DNA of 64,000 bases from Perna viridis (lineage: Eukaryota), in NCBI GenBank assembly GCA_037379345.1, contig CM074519.1, forward strand, positions 16,470,742 through 16,534,741. Reading direction: 5' to 3'. This document shows, piece after piece, positions 1 through 13,600 of this stretch (positions within the stretch are counted from its first letter, which is position 1; each line of letters opens with the position of its first letter). The notes under the pieces were generated by a model, which was not told the DNA's origin, searched no databases, and saw only the letters and a list, made by a program, of their open reading frames with translations. The translations under genes were made by a program, and so were the position numbers.

Positions 1-170
1 ACATTTTAGTAGGGTCTGAAAAATTCCCAACGATGTTAGAACTGTCAAATTTGCGAAGCAAATTTTTGGTCGTTCCCTCCGTGGGACTCGAACTCGTACC
101 ACTGTGACATCTGTGGCAACACCGTCCAAGACCACTCGGCCAGCTAGGCTATATATTCTGAGACGTTATA
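1..170 (-). mobile_element. tRNA-derived SINE-like element (partial)
   Basis: Minus strand A-box TGGCCGAGTGG and B-box GAGTTCGAGTCCC; related copies at 19550-19735 and 50375-50560. Confidence 0.7.
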
Positions 171-904
171 TATATATTATATCAAAGGATTATTTGCTTC
201 TCTGAAAAATAAACAAGGCGTAGTTATTACCTTGTGTCAATAGTTACTTTATGCCTCTTTATTTACTAAAATGGAAAATTTTATTTTATTTTATTTTTTG
301 TAGTGCTTAAATCGTATATCTTATAATAAAAAGAAAACAATTGCCTTCAATATTCTTGGAATTTGACTTACATGAAACCTTCTAGATGGGACCTAGCTTC
401 CGTAAACAATAAAAATATCAGGGTGATATAGTATAATGCAAAGCACCAAAAATAGTTTCCGCTATTATAAGTCTCATAAAAGAAGTGTGTGTTTACCACT
501 AAAAGGTCAATAAACGTTTGAATGTGTCTCAATGAATATGAACCCTATAATATTACAATGACCCTTCACAGCACAATATAACGTCAATACTATTTCACAC
601 GATGTATTGTAAAATAAAATAATTCACACAAAAAAATTGTATATTATATTGCAAAAAGGACTTTAATAACCTGCAAAAATTTCTAATTAAATGCGTCGCA
701 TAGTATAGCTAGATACACCCTTACATATCGAACTCTGGACACGTTGGGCTCATATGAACACAAAATTCAAGTATGATACAGCTCTGAATTCTGATTGTGA
801 TTCAAAATTCGACACAAATATAAAAAAAGTAGCTAACAAGCAATCAAAATATTGGATCGTTATAATGGATCCATCTACACCATGAAAACTTATTTATTCA
901 ACGG

Positions 905-1190
905 GTCGTAGTTTACCTTTCCTCGTTTGTCTACCCCGGACTTGACTTTTTATGAGCAACTCGGCGGATGTTTCTAGAAAAGCTGAGGACGCTTACCCTA
1001 CCGGTGCACCTGGTCCATGCTTCCAGTTTTTATTGGCGTCCGAGTTGCTCATTTACTTTTATTACTTTGTATGTATGATTTTAGTTACTTTATGTTCTTT
1101 GTTGTGTATGTCTGTTTTCCATGTCTGGTCTTTGTCCCTGGATTACATTATTTTGATTACCGCTATAACCTTGGTTCCCTTGATTACTCT
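905..1190 (+). repeat. Dispersed repeat (probable Penelope-like 3' end/pLTR)
   Basis: Close copy at 1843-2134; fragments at 1736-1842 (-), 19037-19105 (-), 31730-31915 (-); shared end GGTTCCCTTGA(T/G)TACTC. Confidence 0.65.
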
Positions 1191-1735
1191 TCAACATTGT
1201 TCCATGGTAATTGCCTGAAGCATTTTAATTAAGTTTTTGAAGTTAAAATTGTAGAATTATAGGATAACACCCTTTTTATTACATGTAGTAAAATCAAAAA
1301 AAAAGAAAAAACGGAAATTTAGATATTTTACAACAATTGAAAAGGGGGCTTACACCAATAGTAATGAACTATTTTTCGAAATTCATTGAATGGGTGCAAC
1401 TGTACTGTGTTACTGCCAAGCAAAAATGTAACCACCCCTTTATTTCGTGAACAAAGTCCCATATATAAAACAAAATAAAAGGTTTTTTAAACGGAAAGAA
1501 GTTCGCAACAATAGTACCGAACAATCATTTTAAACTCTCACAAAAATGTGTGGCGGTATTTTGTAATCATCAGGCAAAGCATGAACCACGAACGGATGGA
1601 CATATCATAATAAATCCCGTCTATAAAAATGGACGTATGATAAATTAACTTTTGCGAGGATTCATATAAAGCACATGAATTGAACATTGTATGGTAAAAT
1701 TAGGAAAAAAAATTAAAACAAACATCAACTTGAAA

Positions 1736-2134
1736 GAGTAATCAAGGGAACCAAGATTATAGCGGTAATCAAGGAGTAATCAAGGGAACCAAGGTTATAG
1801 GGCAATCAAAAGAATGTAATCCAGAGACAAAGACCAGACTTGAAGTTTTCCTTTCCTCATTCGTGCACTCCGGACTTGACTTTTTACGAGCAGTCCGGCG
1901 GATGTTACAAGAAAAGCAGAGGACGCTTACCATACCAGTGCACCTGGTCCATGCTCCCAGTTATAGTGGGGTCCAAGTTGCTCGTTTACTTTTTGCTTTT
2001 ATTGTTTTGAACGTATTATTTGTTATTTAATGTTCCTTATTGCGTGTGCCTGTTTTCCATGTTCCATGTCTGGACTTCGTCCCTAGATTGCATTCTTTTG
2101 ATTTCTGCTGGAATCTTGGTTCCCTTGAGTACTC
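1736..2134. repeat. Same repeat: inverted terminal fragment directly abutting a forward copy
   Basis: 1736-1842 is the reverse complement of the repeat 3' end; 1843-2134 is forward. Confidence 0.65.
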
Positions 2135-3237
2135 ATCCATAACAAGAAACCAATCCATTTGTTTACAAGAGAAGTTTTTTTTTAAATTTTGATATACATG
2201 GTCACTATAGTAACATTTTGTATGAATAATGGTGTAACCCCGTGGAGGGTGGCACCCTGATACTTCTCTGATAGGAGTTGCCGCTGGAATTCTGTAACCA
2301 CACCCTATTCATCTATTTTACTTTTGAAAAAAAATGTAGACCTTTTCATATAATTTGTCAGAAATAAAGAGACCTTGGCATATAATATGCAAAGGTTGAT
2401 TAAAAATATCAAATGTTCCAAATGGCATTACAAATCACTTTTCAAACAACATATAACCATAGTATGGCTTGCAATCCTGCAGCGCAGATATTGGCATTTT
2501 CGCCCCACACCTTTCGACTTCTAACGCAGGACCAGTTAACAAAAATACTAGTAAAGGTAAGTTATACTTTACGATGACATTACAGAAAAAGAAATTACTT
2601 TTTGGGACACCTATATAAAACGGTAACCGGTTCTTATCAGCAATATTTGGGGATTAGAATCGTTCATAAAGAATAGTTCTTTCATATTTCCATAGTCGGT
2701 TACGGTTTTTTTTTATGTGGAGAGACTAATTTGAGAGATTTTTCTAACCTGAACACTTGAGTGGTTGTTCGTGGAGTCAAGCAGTGATTTGGATATTATT
2801 TCACTAATCCTTGCTCTGTAGCTGACAAGTTATAAATTTGTCAGGGTTTGAAAATAAGGATAGCCGTAAGAATATGACATCTAGATGGATAACTCATTAC
2901 GTTGATGAGGTTGGCATTCTTGGTAACATGTAAGTCTTGGAAAAACGACAAAACATCAGTAAAACGCTTTGTTCGTGTTACGCTTAGCAGTGTTTCTAAA
3001 CCAGTCAATCGCTTAGGTAGTATCTCTAAACCAGTCAACCACTTAGGTAGTGTATCTGAATCATTTGAAAATATTGTTATTACCTTTTATCTATACAAAG
3101 AAAAACATTTTGAGGCATTTTAGTGGTTTGAATTTTAAAAATGCTATATTCAATGTATACTTTTTGATTTGATGCGCAAATTGTGAACGTCTTTATGAAA
3201 AAGAAAGAAGAGAATTTTAAGTTCAACATCCTGTAAA

Positions 3238-3400
3238 ATAGACCCTTTTGTGCTAACTGTATAATAGTCGGTGAGCATGCGTCGAGCATGCTCAATATAT
3301 ATATACTTCCACGAGGAAAGTTCTTTTGTTCCCATGCAATCCCTTCCTCGCGGAAGTCTATACTGAGCATACTCACCAACTTACCACAAAAGGGTCTATT
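3238..3400. mobile_element. Small hairpin MITE
   Basis: AATAGACCCTTTT(T)GTG...CACAAAAGGGTCTATT termini plus internal inverted blocks. Confidence 0.75.
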
Positions 3401-4627
3401 GAAAAACATATTGGCACATGTTGTCTTAAAGACTTGGATCTTTGAAAATTGTTAATAAAAGATAGCTTCTGACAGCCAAATTGTAAAATCAACTAAAACC
3501 AAACGTTTATCTTTAATAGCACTATAGTCTGAGCAGGGAAAGATATGCCCAATCATACTACTATATTGAGCTACAATGGTCATCCACAAAAGGTAAATGG
3601 TTTGTTTTGCATATTTGTCAAATAGATTGAAGTACGAATATTGGGAACTCTTCCAAACAGATTCCTACCACGTTTGCTATCTTAGTTATGTTTTAGCTGA
3701 AATAAATTTACACAGAGGCATTAGGGAAACCAAGGTTTGAGCAAATCAAAAGAAATTATTATTTTATTATTCGAAATTTTTTTTAAAATATACATCAGCG
3801 ATGTATCAATAACAACAAAGTGTTGCGCTATCAAAAAAACAAAGGCGATTTGTCTATAAATAACAATGAGTCTCAATGTCAAACCCTAAAATAATATTAT
3901 TCTCTATAGTTTTTAAGAGCGCACATTTAAACGTTCAACATTTAGTTTCGATTTGTTTCATAAAAACACACATACACAAATTATTTGATATTCAATATTA
4001 AGGCAACTACAATTGAGCAATCAAATGGTACTAAATACTGAACCAAGATAAGTTAATGTACAAGTACAGAACACAATGGATATAAATCAACTTAATACTA
4101 CATTGTAATAGAAATCCGTTGTTGATGATAATGAAATGACTGACGTCAACATCCGATGGAACATCATAGTGCACGATCTATGTTTACGCAGTGTATATTT
4201 GCCTCAATGTTTTCTACAAATATTACAGTATAGGAGAACCAGTTACATGTGGAAATATATTTTCTTTCATATTTTACTTTGATTTTTGTGCTTTTTTTAG
4301 TTCTTTTCTTTGTCTTTGGACTCTAAAGTCGTCATTTCACCATTTTACAGTTATCATTGTAATCTACATTTTACGTCTTTTGTCAATTCATCTGTGTGTG
4401 ATTTTGAATTATTCATTATCAAAGGTATGAAAGGATCAAGTCTCGATGTCTCGATGTAATGATACGGTTTTTTTTTATTTCATCACTTTTGATAAGCTTA
4501 ACTATATACTTTTAACGGAATATTCCGAAACATGAAACTTTTAAACTTTTCCAATAAATGTATCCATTCCGATAGAGATGGTAATGTGAAGTCCAGTAAA
4601 AAATTATTCCTGGAAACGACAAATGCG

Positions 4628-4688
4628 ATGGTACTGTTACGTTTAGGAATAAGTGTCATTGCTTTTGTTGTTTCTGCTACAACTTTAG
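4628..4688 (+). CDS. Lectin-Ig gene exon 1 (signal peptide MVLLRLGISVIAFVVSATTL)
   Basis: ATG, hydrophobic leader, G|gtaagc donor in phase 1 matching the next exon. Confidence 0.75.
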
Positions 4689-7600
4689 GTAAGCCCACAC
4701 AATATTACATACTTGAAGTAGTTGTAACGACATTCACTTTATTTATTTAATATTTCAATTATATGTTAATATGAGTCAGACGTAACCTGTAAGTGGACTA
4801 AGTATAATATTTTTATATTTAAAAAAATGTAATGATGGCTTTTAAATTTTTAATAAACTAAGGATTTTTTTTTTCGTCGTGATTTAACACACTTTACTAG
4901 CGAGCTATAAATATTTAATGTTGTTAAAGATATGAAACAAAAAAATATCCTTGCTTCATGTTCCCTTGGCAATACAATTAACTTCCTGTCAGACTGAAAT
5001 CAGGCTCTCAGCGCTTCTAAGGCCAAATGTCAATTTCGAATTTATTACCATTATGAGGACTTCGTCCTTTACGAAGGTTCATATGCGTTATAACAGTGGC
5101 ATGTTTGGTTATCAAGGGTCATAATATTTTGTTTGGTATTTTTTTACGCTTGTTTAATTGTAATGTACAGAGTTCAAAAAGCTCAAAACCTCTCTATGCC
5201 TATGACAAATAGAGGTATATTTATGTCCCCATAAGAACTAAAAAAATAATTTATGATTAAATATTATTAATGTTCCTTCAAACTTACTTCAACAATAAAA
5301 TCACCTTCGAAGTTTTGAAAAGAGGAGCGCAAAAGCAATGTTGAACAATTTTCAATGTTAACAAGAATAAATAAATTTCGATTGAGGTGTCATTATAGCA
5401 AGGTTTTAAAATTGTCGTAAAAGTGTTTAAAAAGATTACCACGAATGATCAAATCTTTAAATAAAATTAATATATTTTCACAAATTTGTATTTTCTTATA
5501 AAATGGTAGTGCTACTTCACAGTCATTAGAAAGACAAGTATGTTGGCAATATTCGTTTATATTTTCAAGATTTAAGTACATATTCAGACGATTTAAGTAG
5601 CACTCCAGCTAAGAATCATGCAAAATGTGATACATGGTTGGAAAGCCTACATATTTGTTTTTGATATCTTGTTTAAAATACTTTAGTAAACAGAAATTAA
5701 CATTTAGTTTTTCATATAACCCGTGCTCATAGAGGATAAAAATTGTATAGAATGCACTGTAGAATTCAAAAGTAAGGAAGATAACGCTGTAAATGACACT
5801 CAAATACAATAGAATCTACTGGATTTTCAATGTTGATTATCTCCTTAGAGCAGGCAGATTTGAATGAATAATTACACACTTCGTAATATAGACTCACAAA
5901 ACAACTTAATTACAAAAATAAAAATATGTAGTCTTTTTTGGGGTGTATCACATTTTTCAGATCTTGCACGATTTTTATAAAGGCAGCTACTTAACATGAA
6001 ATTTCATTTAGCACATTTAATGACAAACCTCCATGTCTGTTTAAGGTTTCACAGTTTTTCCTACACTTTTCTGTGAGGAAGGTTGGGAACTCTTTGTAGG
6101 ATCATGCTATAAACTATTCGACGACAAATTAAACTGGACAGACGCAAAGGTTTGTTATAATCATTGTATTTATCTATATTACTTAGTACATTCGAATAAA
6201 TCCCTGGTAACCCTGTCTAATAAAACCTTCAAATTTGACAAGTTAACATATTGAAGAGATTTTTTAATGCGTTCATATGTTACAGTATTTAATAAGGAGT
6301 AGGTATTGCCTAAATCAGCGAGCACCGAGAGCTTTACCACACGTGTACTGTCTGTGCGAGATTCGTCAAAAAAATAAAAACATTACAAAAACGAAAAACG
6401 GTGGGGGTCGGACGAAAATTTATGTTTCGCAAGTGCAATATTGCTATTTAAATTTCAAAGGCAAGCGTAATCAATATTTTTATTTGAAAATCTGTCGATT
6501 TTTTTTTTTTTCAATGAGTGAGCAAAGAGCTAATTTTTAACTGCTTGAAACGAGTGTCTATGAAATAATTTTTTCCCCAAAAATTCCAACCCCATACCCC
6601 TTTTCCCTTCGCCTTTTAAATAGTCGATAGCTATGTAACACTTCGCCATACTTTACAATTTTTATTAAAAGCGTCTCTAGTAACATCCTTTTCAGTTTTA
6701 GCCGGTCAGATCAATTTGTACAGATACCGGAAATATTACAGTTCTCCACGAATGGTGGGAATACTTTACACAAATCATGTGACGTAATCAAAATTCTGAC
6801 GCAACTGCCAGCTGCAAACAAGAAAATGATTGCCTCTCCTATCTTACAAAAAACCATTCTTCGATTTGAATAATACAATCGGAGTTATATTTTTTCCAAG
6901 GCGGGTCAGGTTCTTGACAACAGCAACAGTGGAACAGCGGAGGTACACGTATGTACATCCACGTGTTTCCCGAAGTTTTCACATCACATTCACTTCTTTA
7001 AATAAGTAAAAAAAGTTAAAGACCTGAAAGCTATCAGAAATGATTAATTTATTTTTTATTGAAACGTGATCTTAACCTATATTTTTTTATTTATTTGATT
7101 GAAGGAAATGATGAATTTTCTCCGTAAGGACAGTCACTTTTTGTTACTTCCGGGACATGGCTTTTTTTTTTCGTTAGTATATTGGGGAACCTTAAGGGAA
7201 ATTTAGAAAGTACACGTAATAACCGTAGAGCTCACCCCGCTTCGCGGAGCTCGCTATTAATTTCTTGTTAGCTTCGAATCCTGAAAACTTTATATCGACA
7301 TGTCTCTTTTATTGAAACTTTGATATGCATTAATTAAGATGAAAATTAATTAAAAGACGTTTTTCCTTTGAATTTCTTTCTCTTGTACCCTTTTACTTAA
7401 ATGATTATATTGATGAAGAAAAAACTATTTTCTAATCAAGGAGTTTCTTTTTCCTAGTATATATTGATGTGTTTTTCTTTAATTAACATTTGTTTCACAG
7501 CAGCGAAAACAAAACACTGATCTTATGTAAAGTTAAAGTGATATTTATTAACTTTCGGTAATATTACTATAGTAAATGCCATTTTTTTTAAATATATTTA

Positions 7601-10600
7601 TATAGAACAACTAATCTTTCAATTCTTCGAACTTCCTTCTACAAAAGGAAGTTAACTGAAGTATATAGGTATCAACATGTAGCCCAATGTCTCAGCTTTA
7701 CAATGGTAACATTTGGGTTCGTGTTGAGGTACATATGTACATGTATTTTTTTTTTTCATGGGCAGGAATAGCAATTTTTCTTCTAATTGGACTTGGGAAA
7801 GTTCTTATACTATATAATTGTATTTGAATACAAACCTTGTTTGAAGTACAGTATTTGACGATGACAAATACCTATTGCCGATGAATTGAAAGAATATATG
7901 AAATTCCGAAAATTTCAATTTTTATGAAAAACTTATTATTGTCTCATTGAAACTGAAAAAAAACGCCTTAAATGAACAGATATGTAGGATACATCGACAT
8001 ATAAAACAGTGGTATCCAACATGTCTTTTTTACGCCGTTTATATGATAACAATTTACAGTTTAGTTAATGTTGAGGTATTTCAAATATTTATAACATTGG
8101 CTTATTTGAAAGCTAATACAATATATAAAAGTACTATATCACACAAAAACTTGAGCGCCTCAATTAATCAGATATGTTGGGTGCATCATTATCTTATGAA
8201 TGTCTAAAATATGAGTTTTACACTGTAGACATGTTGTGAATGAGAATTCTGTTTGATACTGAGACCAGTTTTCTACGGGTAGGGGCAATATCCTGAACAT
8301 TTTTCGAAAATTCGTTCTTAAAAAATATTTTTTTGTGATTTATCTAAGTAGAAAATTATATTATCTATCGAATATCAAAATTGAGACGTTTTAGTTAAGC
8401 AATAAATCGTAGACGAATTTATGCGACTTTTTACGGCTAAACAAAAAATACCACTTTTTTACCTTTTTCATACATTCTGACTAAGAGAATCGCTGCAAGT
8501 CATCAAAAGAACCCCCAGAAATACTAAATGTGATGATACTAAATTGAAAATACAAAATAAGTCATTTTTACTGAAGCATGAATATTTTGGGGGTTTGACA
8601 TTGAAAAATGTGTCAATTTAAGCGATTTTTGATGGGGTAGGGATACATTTTTAAAAATTTTACTCCAAAATCCTAGCAAGTGTTATCGCAAACTTATGAA
8701 AGCCATTGAAAAGTTGGTACATTGGGCTGCATGGTGATAGCTATATGTATTTAGTCCCTGTACACCTGCAGTTCAAGGGAGACTAAGACGGTGGAACAGT
8801 CGAGTCATAAAAATCTTCGCTTTTTTACACAGCGGTCTACAAATATAGGCTTATACTGAAAAAGTTGGGGACAAATTGATTCAATAATGTTAGGTATAAC
8901 GGTTCATGAAGATCATCATGAAGTTGATAAGTGGGGGTGTATGACGGTAGACCTTCCAAGCCCATGGGCTACGTGTTTCTCGGGAAATAAACAATGAATC
9001 ATATATATACATGTATGATATGTAACTCTAACACATATTTTCAGCGTTTCGGTTGTGTACCAACCTTCCTTAGCGATAACACTTAGGATTTTGGAATAAA
9101 ATTTTAAATAATGTATGAACTTTTTTTTTGTCGTTACATTGTAGGAGTTCTGCACGAATCATGGGGCAAAGCTAGCAGAGCCAAATACGAGACGTATTAT
9201 TGAATACCTGAAAAATCATTCTTTGCACTCATATACAGGTAAGACGTAAAGGTTATATTTGAGATAATAGACACTTTTTAATCGTACCTGTAATTTTAGG
9301 TGTTATACCGTTTCTTCCACAACAAACATTGCCGTCCTTTTTTTTTTTTTTAGTATAGAGATGTAATAGAGATGATTCCCACATTATGCAAAATTTTCAT
9401 ATAGATTCTCCATTAGTCTCTATGGTGATGAAATCCTCTTATCTCCGAGTGAAATGAGGGAGAATCTGTTTTTCCCGTAAATAAAACCATGAAAATTAAA
9501 TTAAACAACACCCTAAATTCTCCCAATATCAACTACGTCATCAAGGACCACCCCTCCAGTCATCAAGTCATTGCGTCATCGATATCATTACCATTATGAT
9601 TATTTGATACACTATCAACTAATCTTTTGAAATATGAATACCATTCGTAAATCAACAAGTATTTAATTGATCAACAATATGAATAACAACTGTAAACATT
9701 GTAAACACGGTAAGCATGGCGGGAATTACAATTTTTTAATCACTCGCTCGTGCAGTGTGAATGAAGCCTATGAATGGGAGAAATATCTTTTAAAACACAT
9801 TGAAACATATGTTTAGAACAGTATTGAAATTTGTATTTTTATGCATATATAACTCAATTATAATACTAGTTTTCACAATCACAAAATTTAGATATGACCT
9901 TTCTCTGAACCCGCACTGACTTCGTGTTTTATATGAAAAGTACTTAAAATGTTTTATTCTTATGTAGCACTTACTATATATTAAACAATGGGTGTTTTTA
10001 TAACTATTCAAAATCAAAATGATCCTCGTACATTATGTTTAGAGACCATACCTTTGTATCTAACTTACATGGAAGTTTATTTCTGTCATCAAGATAAATA
10101 AAAGTCGCGAAAAATTGCCTCGAAAAGTCGTGATAATTGGTGTATTTTGTCGACATAAATGACAATTTCATCTCAAAAAGTCACGATAATTTTTCGTGAT
10201 AGTTAAGATAATTATGTCGACCTTTCGAGTTAATTATCACGACTTATAGAGAGTCATGCCAATATGTAGCTTCGACATAAATATTTTCGCGATAGCTTTT
10301 TACCAAAATCACGACATTACAGCTAATTTTTGTGACAAAATGGAGACAAGTTATCTCAACTTGTCGTGAACGTATATACACTATAAACTATATATGTCGA
10401 TATAAACCATCGCAATTTTATAGTTTAAAGTTATGAAAATGCCAAGTAATGTCAGCTACAAAATGTATACATTGTGATAAATCATATTGACTTTTTTGTG
10501 AAATAACTTGAATTGTTGACGTAATATTTCGACAAACGTGAAATTTCGTGATAAGCTATCGTAACACCACGAAAAACTAGCTTATGTCGAGATATCAAGT

Positions 10601-13600
10601 CAATTAGTCAAGTTATTTCACGAAAAAGTCAACATAATATATCGTCATTCACATGTTTTGTTGTTGACACATATGGAGGCTTATTTCTGCCATCAAGATG
10701 TTGAGCTGTCGAGATAATTATCGAAACATGTCGACGAGTCGACTTAATTTTTTTGGAAAGTCGACTTAACGCCATTTTATGTCGATTTGTCACGAAAAAT
10801 ATCTAAACAAGTCGACATATTTTTCGCGACATCAAATATCTCAAATTCTCATCCTGAGGTCGAGATTTTGCTCGTAGCTGTCATCGTGTTGCGTTGTCCA
10901 GATAATTATATCAACTTCATCAAGTTGTATTATCGAGATAATAATCGAAAGAAGTTGACTTCATTGATTTATACATGTATTGTCAAAACATGTCGACATA
11001 ATTATGTGGACAAGTCGACAAACTAAATCATTTATTATAAAATTATCACATGTTAACATGGCATTTGACCAACCAGTCATTTAAGTAATTTTATACTACA
11101 CGTGGATCGAGGAGGCACACGGACTAGCGTCAGAGAAAGGGAGCTCTTTGTATTTTATAATATTAATAAACCAGATAGGACCACTCTGCACAATATTTGG
11201 AGGGCTTCAAATCAGGTAAGCTTAGCTAAGAAATGCATGTGGAAAATTAAAACAGAGCAACAAATATATTAAAGCTGCGCCCCCCCCCCCCCCCCCGCCT
11301 CCCCCCAAAAAAAGAAAGGTATGCAGGCAATTTACTCTTCTATCATCAGTTTCCGCGTGTCAAATGTAGCTAGATTCTACTGTCATTTATTGATTGGTGA
11401 CTTAAAACACGGTGTATATTGCTCTTTGAAATATTTATTATACAAATATCCCATGTTATTGTCAATATACATGAATATTTTCAAGAGTTACCTTGAATTG
11501 CATGTTTGTTAAATTGCCCAACGACGTGGGCGGAGGGTAATATAACACTTACATGCAATTCAAGGTACCAAGGGAAAATGTTCTTGTATATTGAACAGAT
11601 ATCTAATGTGATGGGGGGTATATGCAAAAAATATCAGTCTCAAAACTGGCATTTTTTGCATATACCCCGACGACAGACCTTTAGATATCTATTTAATTAC
11701 ACCGCGCAATCTATCGCAAAGAGGGAGCGTCTATCAAGACTAATTGAGTTATATATTGCCTGATGGCGTGGGCTTCGTCTTTCCTGCTTTGAAGAAAACG
11801 GCAAAATATATTTTAGTAAATCTTACTTTAAAAAATATGGCATATGGCAGTGTTAACATCATACTTTTTATCATCACAGAGGGATAATATAAGGGTTGGC
11901 TAAAGGTGTCATGTAATTATTTGTGTATCATATACTTGTAAAGTAAAAAATACCCTCTGAAGAGGCCGGTAACCAGTATAATCATATACTTAGTAAAGAT
12001 ATGTTTAATGTTGCATATATGATATTGGTAGTGGTCGAAGAACGATATACCCAAGGGGTGTAATACGAATGCCATATAACAGCCCCTTCATGGTAAGAGA
12101 TGGATGTACAAAACTTTTTCAATAGAAATTCACATCATGCCCTAAGGAATGATATGGATTTTCTATACATTTTCATCCAACCAATCAAAACTTTATTAAA
12201 CAAAAAGTGATTGTGACAAAAAATACATTCAAATTGTACTATACATAAAATATATACAATATTTCAGTTACATGTATTAACACAGTAAATCGGTGTTAAC
12301 AAGTAAATGTCTGCGAATCCCCTGTCCTTAGTGCTAAAGACTTTTTAATGAAGGAACTAGATTATTTACTTGTGATGGCGTTGATGGGCATAATATTACA
12401 TCAAGTTTACCTATAAGGTGAACAATTCTTCGAAAATGTCTTGTTTGAATTTTTTCTAAGAAATTATCTCTGATTGTTGAGTTACATTTACATAACAATA
12501 AAAATTGATACTTATCTTCAACTGTATTACATTGGTGATCTCCATGTCTTACCCTGGAGTACAAATATATCGGGTATTTGGTTACTTTGGCCAATTTCGA
12601 TTTTAATTTTGTACTAAAAATCCTCAAAAAGAATTAGAATTTATGAATATTTCAAGCTTAAGATTTATTGTGTGCTGACACTTCACTGAAAAACTACTGT
12701 AACCATAGATTTGAAAAAAGGCCATAGAACTAAAAAGTAAAATGTATTTTAGTTAACTCAAACAGCTTCAAAACCGCACGCAAGGGATCGCTGGTCTACA
12801 TATACGTTGTAGGCTTTTGGCTTTTTACATGGCAGCTTTTTTTAAATTCTCGTTGTGATGTAAATTTATTCCACATCTCGTTATTATCTATTACTTTCCA
12901 GTTATGTTGATTTAATTTTTAGCAAAATAAATTGTAAGGTTTATTGTGGAAATTACGTAATGATTCAGATATACTAGTTTATATTTTCCTGAAATATTAA
13001 TTTGCCATGGCCACTTCATCTTCCTGGATTGGGAGGATTTAGTTTTACACATTTTTTCTAAATGTATTGTATGCTTAAGAAAGTTGCCATCTTTGATTTC
13101 TCAGACATTGTCAAACGGATATGCCAGCTCCTCTGCCTTTTTCCATTCCAAAATCTGTAAAATATTTTGCCCATGAACATCTACTCAGTATTCTTTTCAT
13201 ATTCCGAAAGCAGGTGTCTTAAAACGTTACACAAAATTGTTTAAAAAATAACGTTACTTTCATTCATTTATGGCGGACTGAAAAGCTCTACACACATTTA
13301 GCCTATGGAAAATATAGAGAATGCATATTTCCCGCCAAATTTTTATCTGCTTATATCTCAATATCAAGCGCATTAATCTATAATTTTAGAAATAATAGGT
13401 TTTATGACTCTTCGACATGATAGTCCCATCAGCGAAAGACAAGTTCATCGTATATAACGCGGCATGAATCTACTTCGGAGGGGCAATGAATCTCCTCTTG
13501 CAGATATTATTCTAGCTGTTTCTCACGAGTTGGCTCGTCAGGATCAACATATTGGTTATCGCCTGATGCGAAGGCGTTTACAATCAACGCACCATTTAAC

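Noticed and set aside
74-149. tRNA gene on the - strand
   Set aside because: A/B boxes are present but the acceptor stem does not pair, and the sequence continues into a dispersed repeat; treated as a SINE-like head
2760-3700. Decayed - strand coding region with a 30-bp x3 repeat at 2981-3063
   Set aside because: Short open stretches with no recognisable domain
4893-7262. TAGCGAGCT inverted pair that would enclose lectin exon 2 as transposon cargo
   Set aside because: Only about 9 bp match and no TSD; likely chance or unrelated fragments
10068-11030. CRISPR-like array (many GTCGAC-containing short repeats)
   Set aside because: Irregular degenerate subrepeats within transposon TIRs, no constant repeat/spacer period, eukaryotic context, no cas genes
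11278-11306. Poly-C run as a functional G-quadruplex
   Set aside because: Simple homopolymer with no supporting context
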